Below are positions 51,220-64,000 of a stretch of DNA of 64,000 bases, in pieces. Position numbers and translations under genes: made by a program. Below the pieces are notes generated by a model that was not told the origin of the DNA, did no database searches, and was given only the letters and a program-made list of their open reading frames with translations. The stretch's first letter is position 1. Each line of letters starts with the position of its first letter. Location: NCBI RefSeq assembly GCF_006345805.1, contig NC_043001.1:134292001-134356000 (forward strand), given 5' to 3'. The DNA is from Octopus sinensis. Taxonomy: Eukaryota.

Positions 51220-52819
51220 CTGAAATACATAATTTATGAAACAATGGTAGTACATACTTGCTAGACTGTATTTATACTACAGGAGCTATTTCATTGAGTT
51301 AGTAAACAATACAAAAGGAAAAAAAACATCACTAATAAACTATTTAAAAGGTAAAAAATAGATATTTAGGAATTTCATTGGACAAAATTCTACATTTCAA
51401 TATAAACTGATAGAAAATTATAAATTATTGCCAGAAGACACTAAAATGAAGAAATGCAAACCTTTCTTGTTGAAATTACAAAATATAGCTGTTTAAACTA
51501 GCAATGGGCTACAAAAGTAAAATATCATGCGAGATGTACAAGTTTTTTCTTGTTAGGTTATTCAAATAAGAACTTTAGTGACAGCAACTAAAAATGAAGA
51601 AAACCAGAATAAGACCATTAGCAGCAGCACTTAGTGGATTAATAAACACAAAGTAAATTATGGTCTACAGAATCAATTAAAAAAGCCTAATTATAGAATA
51701 GCTCTAAACAGAAACAACATCACTGAGTAGAAATTGAATTTGTTACGTAATCAATATATATTTTTGTGAATGGCTGAGGAGAGACACAGTGATGAGAATT
51801 CACAGAGAAAGTTGGAACGAGCAATTTTGATATTTCAAATCTTTAGACAACTGTATTTAGTAATGTTGGTGGACTATCCTTATTGCTTCAACAAATGAAG
51901 GTCCAGCATGATACAGCTGAAAAATATCAACCATCGCATTATGGCTGATTGTATGCAGGGTCAAAGCTAGAGATTTCCAGTATTTGTCCCAGCTGTCTCT
52001 TTCGCTATTGCCACTGGACTTAGGAAGAAAATGTGACAGCGTTGGTGTTTTGGTTTGCTGATTAATCTGCTCAATGAATATCATGATAGTGGGCATGGTT
52101 TGTGCAGAGCCAGTCCCACAAGCCCAGGATTTGTATGGAGCTACCTTCTCTTAAATGAGCACCTAAAGAGCTGCATCTACCCTAGGTTCATTGGGGTGAG
52201 TAACCTGCTTCTAAAGGCAATGTCATGACAAGCTAAGTAACCTGCAGTTGAAACCCAGACAGGTGCTACTACTCTAGTCAGAGTAGATTTGTGATCAAAA
52301 GTGGCTAAGAGGTAGTGCCACACTCCTCAAAACCCTAGATTTCTTGAACCAGGCTTCACTGGTAGATGCAGTAATGATAAAAACAGTAATGTTAGCTTCA
52401 ACTGATTCCTATTATAGCAAAGACAATGTTGGTCTTCCCTATGGAAATTCCTTTTTTTTTTTAGATAGTAAATTGCATTCATGCAGTCAATTTTAATTAA
52501 TGTGGTCTTTCTGAAACTCTAATGAAAATTATATTTTTTATAACACCAGATTTAAAAAATAAATGTCAACTGCAAATGTTTATTATTTGTAAAGAAAAAA
52601 CCCCTTTAAAATGAATTCAATACTATCTTTGTTTTACAGCCATTTTCCCAGGATTGCATAGGTTGGATGAATCATGACAATTGTTGCAGTTCTTTATTAT
52701 CTCTATTGTGCTTTATTATCTCTTTATTATCTCAACATCCTGAGATCAGGCTTTACAAAGTCTTCTCCGTCCACTTAGATCAACCAGCATCCCTTTACCC
52801 ACCTGTCATTTTCCACACA

Positions 52820-53024
52820 CAGCCTCGCCTGGCACCAGTGCAGGTGGCACGTAAAAAGCACCCACTACACTCACGGAGTGGTTGGCGTTAAGAAGGGCAT
52901 CCAGCTGTAGAAACATTGCCAGATAAGACCGGAGCCTGGTACAGCCTTCTGGCTTCCCAGATCCCCGGTCAAACCGTCCAACCCGTGCTAGCATGGAGAA
53001 CGGACGTTAAACAATGATGATGAT
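52820..53024 (+). mobile_element. Family D copy; further copies at 31996-32234, 37385-37820, 58265-58596, 58693-59006 and 60786-61100
   Basis: Family D core and (GAT)n tail. Confidence 0.87.
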
Positions 53025-53900
53025 CACATCTGTATCAGTGCAGTTTTCTACTCTACTTTGTATCCAGTTATTCTATTACTTTATTTGTCCCCTGATGTTC
53101 CATACACTAATATTATATACCCATTAGTAGAGTATGCTCACCTCCTTTAATTTTTTGAATTCTCTACATATATTCATCTTTTAGGACATATTTACATAAT
53201 TTTAACATCCAAATTCCCATGTTCCCGTCGCTTATCCTCACCTGTTTTACCTCATAGTCAGAATCTTTCCACACAACATTGGAAATGAAGAACACAGCTT
53301 ACTTGGTGGTGACACTCATTTACAGCATACAATGTCAAGGCAATAAAACAGTTGCGCGTGCACACACACACAAACAGGTTTTTAAGTACCAAATCTACTC
53401 ACAAGACTTTGGTCAGCTCAAAGCTATAGAAGACGCTTGCCCAAGGTTCCATGCAGTGGGACTGAACCCAGAACCATGTGATTGGGAAGCAAATTTCTTA
53501 CCACAGTCATGCCTGTGCCTATTTCAGATATCAAAGAAAATTAAGTCTCTTGGTGAAATCATTCACCTGGGTAGTATTTTAGTATCTGCCAAAATTTTCT
53601 GGAAACCAGTCAAGATAAGATTATTCAAAGAACATTTTCTTTCCACACTCTTCCAACATCCAAGTTGATAAAAGCTGTCAATTCTCTATTTGGTATTTCA
53701 ACTTAAGAACTTTTAAACACCAAAAAGTTTCAAACAAGTTGAGGTTCATAACTCAACTCTAAAATTACTGTTCTTAAAATCTTTCATCTACACCAGAGAG
53801 CTTTTTATAGCTGGAGAAGGTTACAGATTTTTCATTTTACAAAATATGAAAGAACCAATTTGCAGCAAATAAGCCTCTAAAAATATGTGTACAGTCATGT

Positions 53901-54350
53901 TAGTTAGTTAGTTAGTTAATTTGGCTCAAAAGCAAATAGCAAGGCCATGTAGGAGGACATGGAGTTAAGTACAGGGTGGTGTTCATGTAAAGAGTTCAGG
54001 CCACTTGAGGTCCAGGGAGGCTTTGAACAAAGCGGTCGTCGGCATCTTCACCATCTCGTCTGGCAGCTTGTTCCACGGATCCGCAACCCGGACGGAGAAA
54101 GCTCCTCTCCTTCGATTGAGATGAAATCGTCGCAGGTAGAGCTTTTCAGAATGACCCCGCAGCCGACGCTCTGGAGCAGGAGTGAAGAACAGCTCTTTCG
54201 AGAGGTTACACTTTCCGCTTATGATGTTGTGAGCGAGAATGAGATCACCACAGCGGCGGCGTTTTTCTAGAGAATAAAGGTCGAGCGTCCTCAGCCTTTC
54301 TTCATAAGACAAATTTTTGAGACCATGAACCATGCGGGTAGCCAGCTTCC
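53901..54350 (-). mobile_element. 5'-truncated CR1 LINE, young
   Basis: Open ORF ATRMV.GL..LSYEERL..L.LYSLEKRR..GDLI...RGH...FS.RV...WN.LP; (TAAC)n tail; TSD TCATGT at 53895-53900 and 54351-54356. Confidence 0.93.
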
Positions 54351-55673
54351 TCATGTATATATTTAGTTCAGTTCAGTATTATACATTGTGATAAGTAAAT
54401 GTGAATATATAAGATTGAACTGTGTTCCAACAGAAGAAACATTTTCTCACACTGGTAAAGTTTTAATAACATTATTTGTCTGGTTAAAAATTAATGGCCA
54501 TTGGATGTAAAAGTAGTTTTATGCTATTTGTGGGTTGTCTGCAATTCTACTTTATTTCCATCACCACCACACTCATTGTTTTGTCTGCTTTCCTTGCAAG
54601 TAATGGTTTGACAGGTTGCTACAATCCAGTTCAGCTCCTAAGAAACAAACATTTCCCTAACATTGGTCTTTATTCTTTGGAGAAGTAACTCTCTATGAAG
54701 TTCTCAATTGATAAAACTTAAAATAGGACAGTGAAAACGTGTCTACATTACTTTATCAATCAATCCTTTTTTTGTCATCTTTTTAACAAACTGAACACAG
54801 TTTTCATAAAATCAGTATTTCTGAAAATAATTTGGTTTGAATCAATTTCAGAGAAAGTTACATATGCCATCAATAACAAAAGAAATTTAGTTTTAATTAC
54901 AAGGTCATTCAAACTAGATATAACCAACATGTATTCAGTTATTTATTCAGAAAAATATTGTCAGAATTTTGTGTCATTCTTTATATATACAAAAACCTTG
55001 TATAGTAATGAAAAATTATAATTACCAAATGACTATAAATATCCAATTGCTGTAACTAATGTCAAGTGATACAGTTTTAGCTTACAACATTTAAAATACA
55101 TTTTATAAGGATTTCTCTTTGGAATAATACTGAAAATCCAGACATTCATATAAATCAACTTATAGATAGATGACTTTCCTAAAGTTAACATCTAAATGAT
55201 TTTTACATCTATTTAAGTTATTAATATAGTATCATAATTGTAGTGTTTGAATTCATAATGCTTAGATTAACTATGCTCACTATCTACTTGTTAAACAGCA
55301 CTGGAGCAGTTATTCACATTAATTTTAAATATGGCATAAAACAAATCAAACACTTTTAATTCTGTAATATAATTAGCATTTTTACATAAGACAAAATTGT
55401 TTTTTTTTCTTCAAAAATCATTAAAGTAATGAAATAACCGAAAAAATTGTAAAAAGAAACAAAAAAACAATTCTTCAAAATTTCATTTCTGTAATTAATG
55501 TGATGTTTTATTCATCGTTGTTTCCTAATTTGAAAATTTTTTTATTGAAGAAAGCAATAATATTTAATATTAACTTTGCATAAATTTAAGATCTGCTAAA
55601 CTAACCTCACCACTACTGAAAAATATTCAGTTAATTTTAAGATTAAATCCAACCAATGAAACACGAAACATAC

Positions 55674-55745
55674 CTTTGTACATATCAGTAACTGCTGTAG
55701 CTGCATTTCGAAATGGACCCCATAAAGAACGGCCTTGGTGTCGAT
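55674..55745 (-). CDS. HAPSTR1: HAPSTR1/C16orf72 internal exon (72 bp, phase 1-1), not in the ORF track in this frame
   Basis: ttttttttgtcag acceptor and gtatgt donor; (D)RHQGRSLWGPFRNAATAVTDMYK matches vertebrate SLWVPFQNAATAVTNLYK. Confidence 0.95.
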
Positions 55746-56595
55746 CTGACAAAAAAAAAAAATAAATAAAATAAACATAAGCTGTCAAATATAACTTTAA
55801 ATTAAAAAAAAGGATACAGATTAAAAAATAATAAAGCTAAATTTAATGAATTAGCTCAAGTGGTATCTCGGACTTTCATATGTCATGCTCACTCACCAGT
55901 AAATTTCACATCTTTCTTTAGTACCTCCATATACTTTCCTTTCAATGTCCATATTTTAACTTCTATAGCACCAGCGAGCTGACAGAGTGCCCACCAGCCA
56001 GCCTCATTCTTCTGATTGCTATTTTCTCATCCCACTCTGGTAACCCCCTATACAATATTCTAGTTGCTGATAAGCAGCATTTCAAGTGTAGCCTCCATCC
56101 AGTGACTTCTGCATTCACAACCACACAGTAGAACAGATTGTACAGTCACATAGAAGCTGAGCTTGCTATGCTAGGGGACTTTGGAATTCTATACACTACC
56201 ATGCTGTCCAGAGCCTCCTGTGCAAGCACCTTCTATGCTCTTACAAGTTGATCGATCTACAAGCTTGGGTATTTGAAGACTGACTTTGCTCAGCGCAGTC
56301 TCTCCTGTTACCATCAGATGGAGATGGTCTAGGAGGGATATTATTGATGATGATCCTATTTACATGGAATGTAGCCAAAGACATACCTTGGCACAATCAA
56401 TGCTCTCAAAGTAACACATCATCTCCAAAGTAAGTATGTTTATAAATCTAAGAAAAAGACATTCAAAAAGCAGTTGAGCCTAGTTTTGTATTGTGTGAAC
56501 ATATAACTAGTTATTGTTGAGGCGGTAATATTAACTATGAGTTATCTGAGACTGATACCAACTTAAGATAACTAAGTTTTAACCTTTCATTTTAA

Positions 56596-57062
56596 CCCTT
56601 TAGCATTTAAACTTCTCAGTCAAGTGTAATGCTTATTCACTCATATTGTTTTGAATTAATCATGCATTATTTTGTAGTGATTGTTTATTTTTAGAATGAC
56701 ATTGTAAGGTAGATGCAAGAGGTTGAATCTGGTCAGCTTAAATGCTAAATGGTTAATTAACCCTTCCATGAAAAATTATACAAATTTCCATACAAAAAAC
56801 ATCTTATAAGTCTTCCTTTTAAAATTTAAATATGAACTTTAACCCTTTAGCATTTAAACCGGCCATATCCGGCCAAAAGTATTCTGCCTGTTTTATGTTC
56901 AAACTGGCCACGTCTGGCCTCTCACACCAGCCCTACAATGTCGTTTTAAAAATTACGGCTACCACATCAAAATCTCATAGCTACAAGATAATGCATGATT
57001 AGTTCAAAACAAAGTGGATGAAAAAGCATTAATTTTGGTAGAATAATACAAACACTAAAGGG
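56596..57062. mobile_element. Two TTAA MITEs in opposite orientation (56596-56752 deleted; 56843-57062); another at ~60496-60630
   Basis: TTAA|CCCTTTAGCATTTAAAC termini and shared internal sequence. Confidence 0.87.
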
Positions 57063-57244
57063 TTAAATCTTACAAAGACACACTGATGAGACTATATGTG
57101 GAAAATAATAAACTTTAATCTCATGAAGAAACCTGTATCAATGAGAGACAATACAGCAATTAAGTAAGGGAAATACTGCTTTATGAATCGGTAGACTCAT
57201 ATACAACATAGCAATGAGAACACAGACAAAAACTTCAATGTCTT

Positions 57245-57705
57245 GCAAACAACTTGCACATGCAAGCGCTACCAGTCAATAACTCTGCATACCGGAAGCC
57301 AGCAAGTGTACAGGGTCACCAAGAGAGAATGCGTGCCGTTTCAGGGCCTAACTCTCGACAACATCAATACGCACCGGCCCCCACTCACTGATAGGAGGCC
57401 CTGCTTGCTAGATCAACTGGTTATTAAATATAGCTCGATATCTCTCTAGCCATCGCTCATCGTCTCTTTTTAACCAAATCCAGTGGCTAGCCTTCTCCAC
57501 TGTGGTTTGGATATCAGTCATGGTGGTATTTACCTTACGATGAGTTAGGCCTAATGATAACAGTTGTCTCACACTCTACATCTGACTTCGATTGGAAAAT
57601 GCTCCGCTTTCCAGCCTGCATCTTCACATTCCTCGAGGAGGTTTACATAACGGTCAATCTTTCAAGCCCGAGCAGCGTCCATATTATCTTCATGAGGAAA
57701 TTGAA
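57245..57705 (-). mobile_element. 3' end of a Hero-clade (RLE) non-LTR retrotransposon
   Basis: Minus translation PHEDNMDAARA*KIDRYVNLLEECEDAGWKAEHFPIEVRCR...VEKASHWIWLKRDDERW matches the PWE...K..KY..L...C...GW.....P.EVGCRG...AE.AS.WLW.KR pattern. Confidence 0.75.
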
Positions 57706-57733
57706 CATGTTATAATAATTCTTTTATACTATT

Positions 57734-57765
<32 letters not shown>

Positions 57766-57767
<2 letters not shown>

Positions 57768-58096
57768 ATATAAAAAAGGAAATGAAGAAAATGCTGACAA
57801 AATAATTGAAGTAATTTAATTAGGTGAAAGTTCTTTTTACCGGTTGCGCATTTGTTATGCTTATCAAAATATAAAAGGGAGATTAGAGTTCCTTCCTGAT
57901 AGATTTTTTCCTCTTATCTGATAAGAGAAAAAAAGATAAGAGGAAAAAATCTATCAGGAAGGAACTCTAATCTCTCTTTTATATTTTGATAAGCATAACA
58001 AATGCGCAACCGGTAAAAAGAACTTTCACCTAATTAAATTACTTAAATTACTTCAATTATTTTGTCAGCATTTTCTTCATTTCCTTTTTTATATAT
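57766..58096. repeat. Near-perfect palindrome; arms 57766-57918 and 57935-58096, 16 nt loop
   Basis: Arms are reverse complements apart from about 2 small differences and a ~9 nt local duplication. Confidence 0.97.
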
Positions 58097-59015
58097 CACA
58101 ACTCGTGTTAGACATCTCCTTTTTTAAATATATATATATATGTTATTTGTCTTGTGCTCTGTTTTTTCGTTGTTAAAAAAATCCGTTTCCATGTTTTTAT
58201 GTATTCGTTTCTCGTTGAGTTCTACGTCTATTTGTGGTGTCCTGTACTCATATATATATATGCGCCGCTTCGACTGGCTTCCGTGTCGGTGGCACGTAAA
58301 AAGCACCATCCGAATCGTGGCTGATGCCAGTGCCGCCTCAACTGGCTTCCGTGCAGGTGGCACGTAAAATGCACCAATCCGACCGTGGCCGATGCCAGCC
58401 TCGCCTGGCACCAGTGCAGGTGGCACGTAAAAAGCATCCACTACACTCTCGGAGTGGTTGGCGTTAGGAAGGGCATCCAGCTGTAGAAACTTTGCCAGAT
58501 AAGACCGGAGCCTGGTACAGCCTTCTGGCTTTCCAGATCCCTGGTCGAACCGTCCAACCCATGCTAGCATGGAGAACGGACGTTAAACGATGATGAAGCA
58601 TGTATATATACATGTAGATGTAGGTACGTACATATATGTATGTATGTATGCATATATTTTATCTATTAAATATATATATATATATATCGCTCATGCCGGT
58701 GGCACGTAAAAAGCACCATCCGTTTGTGTCCGTTGCCAGCCTCGCCTGGCCCCCGTGCCCGTGGCACATAAAAAGCACCATCCGTTCCTGGCCGTTTGCC
58801 AGCTCTGTCTGGCACCTGTGCGGGTGGCACATAAAAAGCACCCACTACACTCACGGAGTGGTTGGCATTAGGAAGGGCATCCAGCCGTAGAAACACTGCC
58901 AGATTTTGACTGGGCCTGATGAAGCCTTCTGGCTTCACAGACCCCAGTAGAACCGTCCAACCCATGCTAGCATGGAAAACGGACGCTAAACGATGATGAT
59001 GATGATATATATATA

Positions 59016-60248
59016 TTGCGTTGAGAAATAATTCATGAGTGCCTTTTTCAAATTTAAAAATGCATGCAGAAATAAAACACATTGGCAAAATGTCTTGTTA
59101 TTTAAAAGATAATTTTCTGCTCTACAAGATAGTATTTTGATTTTTTAATTTTCTTGATTTTTGTGTATTTTAAGATCATTAAAATGGAATGTCAAGTGGA
59201 CAAAACTGAGCATTTGTGATAACTTCCTCACCCCTCTTTTAATCGAGGTGTTAAGGCCAGCAAAGATGTTCATGAAATTTGTGTATGGAGGAGTAATGTC
59301 TCAATGTACCGTCCACCGTTGGTTTTCGAGCTTCGAAAATGGGAATTTTAACATCAAGTACAGATCACACACCAGTCAACCAACTGAGTCCAATGAAGAG
59401 GGTTGAATTAACTTCTTCACGAAAATCCATGTCAAACGAATGACCAGAGAATTGGCGGAGCAGATGGATTGTGACAAAAAACCAAAAAAGAAAAAAAAAA
59501 AAAAAACTCAATGGACAAGGTTCAGAAACTTGGTGCTTGGGTGCCACATGCTTCGAGCGAAAACAAAAATCAATGCTCCACAATCACCACCGGTTTGCTC
59601 ATTCGACATAGCTCAACACATGGTCACAAATAACATTTTCTTTACTACATTGTCACTATGGAGCAGCAAAAAGAATGACTCGGCCCCGACAAAGAAGCAA
59701 CTCCACAAGCAAAACAAGACCTTCATCCTTGAAAGACCACGTTGTGTGTATGGTGGAACTGGGAAGGCATAATTCATTATGAACTGCTTGAGCACAACCA
59801 AACAATGCAGAGCTCTACATTCAACAACCGCACCAACTCAATGCAGCAATTCAGCAAAAAGACAGAATAAGCAAAATGGCATTCTTCTGCAACACAACAA
59901 CACCCATCCTCACATTGCCAATATGACCAAAGCCATGATTCAAGAACTCAAATGGGAAGTGCTGCCTCATCATCCATACTCTCCAGACTTGGCACTGTCA
60001 GATTTTCATCTCTTTCAACTGCTTTGAGCAGTGTATCATTCCATAATGACATAGTATTGAGGGCTTGGTTGGATGAAATTTTTGAGTCAAGACCAGAAGA
60101 TTTCTATTGCCAAGGCATCAAAAAACTTATTGAACAATGGAAGTCTTAAACAACAACAGAGAGGACATTATTAATTTGTTGGGGTTTTTTTTTTGTTTAA
60201 AATAAAATTGAAAAAAAAAAAACCCTCATAAATTATTCCTCAACCCAA
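59016..60248 (+). mobile_element. Near-full-length decayed mariner
   Basis: TIRs TTGCGTTGAGAAATAATTCATGAG / CTCATAAATTATTCCTCAACCCAA with TA TSD; WVPH, LCVWW, QHNN.HPH and HPYSPDLALSDFHLF motifs with frameshifts. Confidence 0.93.
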
Positions 60249-61356
60249 TATATTACAAAAATATTACTAATTTAAATTTTAATTAAATGAGGCTCAGATC
60301 TTGAACAAAATTTCTTTTTTAAACTTTGTAAATGTCTACTATATTTTCAATAAAGCCTTTATTATCACAGGTCTGCCACAACCCTATCAATAGTAACTGC
60401 TCTTATTCTTTAATTGACTGAAATATTGTAAACACTTAGATCAGTACGATTCTAAACTATTTCATAATCTTAAAGTGTGCTGGTTGAGTGTTTTAACCCT
60501 AGTATTCAGGTTACTCTATCAAATGTGATTATTTTTAGAATGACATAGGATGACATTCTGGATCTGGCCGGTTTGAACATAACAGGTAAAATATTTTGGA
60601 TCCGATGTGGCCAGTTTAAATGCTAAAGGGTTAAAAACTTCTGTATGGTAGCTATTTTGAAAGCAAGTCACAAATAATTAGTTGTTATTTAGAAAGGTAT
60701 CCAACTCTAAAAGCCTTTATGCTAATGTTTATAGAATCATCAACCCCACCCCATCTATCATTAATGAAAATTATTGCCATAAATGATTCATCATCATTTA
60801 ATGCCTGCCACCCATGCTGGCATGGGTGGGACAGTTCGACAGGAGCCAGCCAGGTAGAAGCCCTGACTTCTGTAACTGCTTTGGCAGGATTTTTACAGAT
60901 GCCCTTCCTAACACTAACCACAGGAGAGGTCAGTTTTGGCAAGGTTTTTACAACTGGATGCCCTTCCAAACACTCAGAGTGGTTGGCATTAGGAAGGGCA
61001 TCCAGCCACAGAAAACCATGCCAAATCAGACTGGAGCCTAGTGCAGCCCAGTCAAACCGTTCAACCCATGCTAGCATAGACAACGGACATTAAATGATAA
61101 TGTGGCCCAAAAACAAATTAGTACACACAAGTGCAATACACTCCCCACCACCAATTTTTTATAATGGAATTCCCCTCTTTCTTCTTCCATTAAAACAACC
61201 AGTTGCTTAGAACTGTTTTCTGACAATGTGGGGTCAGGAAATTTTCATACAGCTGGAGGCTCTAATCGAAACAGGGGACCCGAAATGATAAGGTTGAGAA
61301 AAGCTGTTATAGATTATGCCTAACCAAAAACGATCACAACCACATCACCCAAACAG

Positions 61357-61384
61357 ACCAGGTGAAACCGGGTTTAGCTGCTAG
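61357..61384 (+). mobile_element. Helitron-like 3' terminus
   Basis: Imperfect hairpin ACCAGG-TGAAA-CCGGGT, then CTAG|T 7 nt later; 5' end not identified. Confidence 0.45.
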
Positions 61385-61908
61385 TATTTCATAAGCATGT
61401 ATTAAAAATATTGATACCAGTTGTGTGATGTTTACAATAATGACCACCACATGTTGACTAATAACTAAATACAGCAACATTTTGCTATGAAGTTATATAA
61501 CTGATATTGGTAGAAATGGAACTTATGCTTCTGTTTAAAATATAATTGGATTTTGTATTATGAACTATATTTGGATTACCAGATAATGAATTTTATACAA
61601 AAGTATTATGGATTGCTACAGAGGAATTAACAAGAAGACATATGAATTTCAAGATTATCATACTAAAGTATACACAAATTTCACATTTCTAAACTATATT
61701 TGGAATACAAGATAATATAACAGATTTTACATATGGATATTATGAATTATTACAGAAGAATAACCAATGAAGTATATATGGATTTAAAGACTCTCATCAA
61801 AAGCAGTAATTTTTAATTTTTCTTTCAAACAAACACCATTTTATAGTTTTACTTCAAATTAAAAAAAAGAAACTACCATTCGATATGTTACACAGAATTC
61901 AAATTTTA

Positions 61909-61987
61909 TATCTCTGAAGAGCAGAAGCGTTGTCTATAAATGCTTATCAATATAGGGACAACTCTTCTATGAAACGATCGTAAGATG
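61909..61987 (+). ncRNA. Minimal type I hammerhead ribozyme motif (Penelope-like element type)
   Basis: TATCT-CTGAAGA-[stem II AGAAG.GTTGTC.TATA / TATA..GACAAC.CTTCT]-GAAA-CGATCG-TA-AGATG. Confidence 0.65.
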
Positions 61988-62614
61988 CTTTAAATAATTA
62001 ATTCAAAACTTTTAAACTGTCATACACATTATATATTTATACTTATACATATCTACATATATTTTTATACATATTTCTATTTCTATTTATTTATTTATAT
62101 ATTTTTAATACAACAATTATTTTTCACACGTGTATATCTTTCTGAGGAGTTTTGATATTGATTTCCTAATATTAATAATAATATATTATTAAAAAATATA
62201 TATGTATATAATTGCTTGTATTAAATAGTATTAATACTTTGATACAATTAAGCACTCAATATAAATTCAGTATATAATATTCTCATTGAATATATTTAAC
62301 TAAAGATTTATGCTTCTGTTTAGACAGAAATACACATAAAAGTGTGTCTAACGTTTTACTATAAATAGTTAATGTGTACACTATTATCAATGTCAATTTT
62401 GTGAGACTTATGTCTCACAAAATTATATTTTTAGGAAACAAGTGGGAATTTAAGTGTTTCAATTACAGCTGATTTTAACAGTGTGGCAATAATTAAACAA
62501 CAATGTAAAGTAACATTAAGCACATATTAACAAATTGATCGTTTCCAGATTCAGTCAGATTTTATATTTGCCAAATTCAATTAAAACTTAGAAAATATAT
62601 TTTCAATGTACATA

Positions 62615-63018
62615 GGCGCAGGAGTGGCTGTGTGGTAAGTAGCTTGCTAACCAACCACATGGTTCCGGGTTCAGTCCCACTGCGTGACATCTTGAGCAAG
62701 TGTCTTCTGCTATAGCCCCGGGCTGACCAAAGCCTTGTGAGTAGATTTGGTAGACGGAAACTGAAAGAAGCCCGTATATATATATATATATATATATGCG
62801 AGTGTGTGTATATGTTTGTGTTTGTCCCCCTAGCATTGCCTGACAACCGATGCTGGTGTGTTTACGTCCCCGTCACTTAGCGATTCGGCAAAAAAAGACC
62901 GATAGAATAAGTACTGGGCTTACAAAGAATAAGTCCCGGGGTCGATTTGCTCGACTAAAGGTGGTGCTCCAGCATGGCCGCAGTCAAATGACTGAAACAA
63001 GTAAAAGAGTAAAAGAGT
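62615..63018 (+). mobile_element. SINE family C, full length
   Basis: GGCGCAGGAGTGGCTGTGTGG head through to (GTAAAAGA)n tail. Confidence 0.92.
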
Positions 63019-63199
63019 TCCTGTTTAGAAATGCTAACAGTTCATGTTTCAGACACTGAAAAAGTGTAATGTAAGTCAGTTTCACTATCGTCTGCGTCAA
63101 ACAGACACCATTTATGTTATCGACATAAGGAACAGTTCTAGTCAGCAAATGTGACCTGTTATAGCAATCCCACGTCCACCTCACCAGCCACAGGTTTTG

Positions 63200-63460
63200 C
63201 TTGATGTACAATACTACATGAATAGCTTAATAGTGATATCCAGTGTTTGTAGGGGAAAAGTCATCCCACCAGAAATGATGGCAAGATCTGTTTTTCTGAA
63301 TTTCATTACAACCATGAACACCTATAAAAATGTATCCCCAACAGCTTTCAATACAACCACTTATTATCTCTGCATAAAACTACTATTCAGAAATGTTTCC
63401 ATTGCTGTAAAATGATTCTTCTTGTTAGTGGTCATGATAGTAACTGTTTCATGGCTGTTC
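63200..63460 (-). mobile_element. Decayed pogo-family DDE transposase fragment
   Basis: Minus translation TVTIMTTNKKNHFT and KTDLAIISGGMTFPLQTLDI resemble pogo TTGHEK.HFTV and IPGG.T..LQPLDV. Confidence 0.5.
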
Positions 63461-64000
63461 AAATCAACTGGCCATGGGCAGGAGATGTCTAAGGTCACTA
63501 GGGTCCTGTTTGTGATTGGCTGTACTCCATGGTTTCCTATCATCTAATGAAGACACAGAAACACCTAAATCTACAACAGTTTTTGTGACCAGTAACATGA
63601 ATTTGGACTTGCTTTTGTATCAGAGTTAGCTACTGGACCTAGAACATCCAAAATGATAACCAAGACTAAATTTAATTTCATATGTATGGCATTCCTTAGA
63701 TGTCATGGTCAACAATAACTTTTTTTATTATGTAAAAAACATGGGTTCATACATAAAAACACTATCTTCACTTAACGAAGATAAACACTGTTCTCTCTGG
63801 ACAACACAACCATGAGGGTATTGCAGTATAAACTTATATAAAACTAGGTTATTGAAATGAAACTAAATTCCAGAATTTACAACAGATGCACTTTTATAGC
63901 ATACACCAATAAAGTTCAAAGGTCACGTTCAAATTTGCTTTTTGTTTTGTTTAGGATGCATCCGCTTTTTCAATGTAACAAGGTTAAGTTGTTTATGATG

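Noticed and set aside
55596-55778. 60 aa ORF from the track taken as the exon product
   Set aside because: Wrong frame; the real exon is 55674-55745 in another frame.
57083-57140. CTGATGAGAC...GAAA hammerhead-like core
   Set aside because: Stem II closing pair mismatched; no convincing stem III or stem I.
55746-64000. HAPSTR1 exon 1 or promoter
   Set aside because: No LW..FQ.SA..VAQLYK-like segment found by eye on minus; probably beyond the window.

Overview
AT-rich, repeat-saturated animal genomic DNA. The SINE, LINE and MITE families match what I recall of octopus (coleoid cephalopod) repeats; this assignment is inferred, not searched. One host gene is supported: the last three coding exons of HAPSTR1 (C16orf72/UPF0472) on the minus strand (55745-55674, 51219-50917, 49679-49489). 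They have canonical, phase-consistent splice sites, and exon 1 is not in view. A SINE-free ~4.9 kb stretch downstream ends at a good poly(A) site (~44650) and is a probable long 3' UTR. The rest is tRNA-derived SINEs, RTE/CR1/R4-Dong/Hero LINE fragments, mariner, pogo, Chapaev3, hAT and piggyBac-type DNA elements, a 5S rRNA pseudogene and long microsatellites; nearly all listed ORFs are artefacts of these. Most worth a second look: (1) about 40 UGUAUAUA Pumilio-type elements in a minisatellite in the putative HAPSTR1 3' UTR; (2) a minimal type I hammerhead ribozyme, plus a ~150 bp-arm hairpin carrying a decayed hammerhead, upstream of exon 2; (3) many locally templated, mostly inverted duplications, one with an identifiable donor and recipient; (4) a twin-priming-type inversion in an RTE LINE. 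I see no evidence of a novel multi-gene system. All alignments and counts were done by eye.
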